Of a stretch of DNA of 64,000 nt, positions 63,061 to 64,000 are shown one piece after another. How positions within the stretch are numbered: the stretch's first letter is position 1; the number at the start of each line of letters is the position of its first letter. Below the pieces are notes generated by a model. It saw nothing but the letters and a program-made list of their open reading frames with translations, had not been told where the DNA came from and did not search any database. A program made the translations under genes and the position numbers. The DNA comes from the human T2T-CHM13v2.0 reference genome, Homo sapiens, in assembly GCF_009914755.1 (NCBI RefSeq), contig NC_060934.1. One strand, written 5' to 3'.

Positions 63061-64000
63061 TTTTAATAAAGCCACACTAAAGATGATGAAAAGTAGAAAG
63101 TGTGGCTCCAATAAAAGCATGAATTACCTCCCTATTATTGCAGCTTTTAAGATATTTTCCTGAGTAGGCAATTGGGCAAGAGGGTTCTTCAGCCCAACTG
63201 CGACTGGTTGAATGCTCACATGCCTAGGTCACCCTACAAGGGAAGTGGAATCTTTGGACAGGTCCATTTTGAGCCAGGGGGATTTTCAACATGGACCTCT
63301 TGATGATGAGCCATCAAAATGTAAGAACATTTTTTAAATTAACAAGTAATGAAGACAAGAGTTAGCCTTGTGCCTTCCTCCCTCCTTGAGCCTAATCTTG
63401 TTTTCGAAATGGACCCTCTTGGAGTCCACGAAGGAGTGTTGCTATTTCCCACATTTCCTGTTAATGATATATTTAGGGTTTTGTTTTTCTTTAAAAGTTT
63501 GAGCATTTGTTGTCTAATTTGCATCAGACTATCTTAGGTCAAAGTGGTGAAGTCAAATATGTGTATTCTTTCATAGACCACCCAGTCTTCTCAAACAGTG
63601 CGTCTTTTTTGGAGCCTAGGCGGCTTTGCCAGCGGTAACCAAAGACAGTATTAGACCCAGTCATGTCCTAAAGGGAAGGAGGCAGCCTCACTGGCCACAA
63701 GCACAAGAAAGCCTAAGTTGGGGTACTGGGGTGTCCAGGATTGGAAGGCATTTACATTAATTGGCCACCATTTACAGCTTCATTCCCAGCCCTGATTTTA
63801 ATTAGCTGCTTCCGGATTGAATCTCCCAAATGTTCTGCCTCCATCCTTGTTTAATCCTGCAGTCTGATGGGCCCTGACTTATGCACATCAATACTGTTTA
63901 CAAACATGAAAGCTGCCCAGCAGTGTTTGAACTTTAGGTGCCGTCATTGGTTATCGATAAGGAAAGGCAGCCCTGCAGGGGGTGCATCAATACTACCAGG

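Overview
This is primate (very probably human or great-ape) euchromatic non-coding DNA, either intergenic or deep intronic. The taxonomic call rests on AluS/AluY, L1PA and THE1 elements in a background of ancient MIR, L2, MLT1, L1M and hAT/TcMar DNA-transposon fossils. I recognise no intact protein-coding gene, rRNA, tRNA or CRISPR array. The only ORFs with clear protein identity are L1 ORF2 remnants (38170-39184); the rest of the ORF track is repeat-derived or chance. By eye I also recover fossil coding signal for a pogo/Tc2-type DDE transposase (~3695-4390) and an old L1/HAL1 ORF1 (~1310-1830). The most notable observations are: (1) a 76-bp, 72/76-identical local templated copy of a MIR segment (58122-58197 to 59586-59661) flanked by a 7-bp direct repeat; (2) a twin-primed (5'-inverted) L1MA with preserved TSD and a nested THE1 LTR; (3) closely spaced inverted Alu pairs; (4) long repeat-poor blocks (6320-11400, 32060-35250) with homeodomain/MEIS motif clusters or CpG patches suggestive of enhancers; (5) a few well-formed candidate exons (best: 40585-40641, +). 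I found no evidence for a new multi-gene biological system, and I could not identify the locus. Repeat subfamily names come from memory of consensus sequences. Boundaries of old repeats are approximate (tens of bp).
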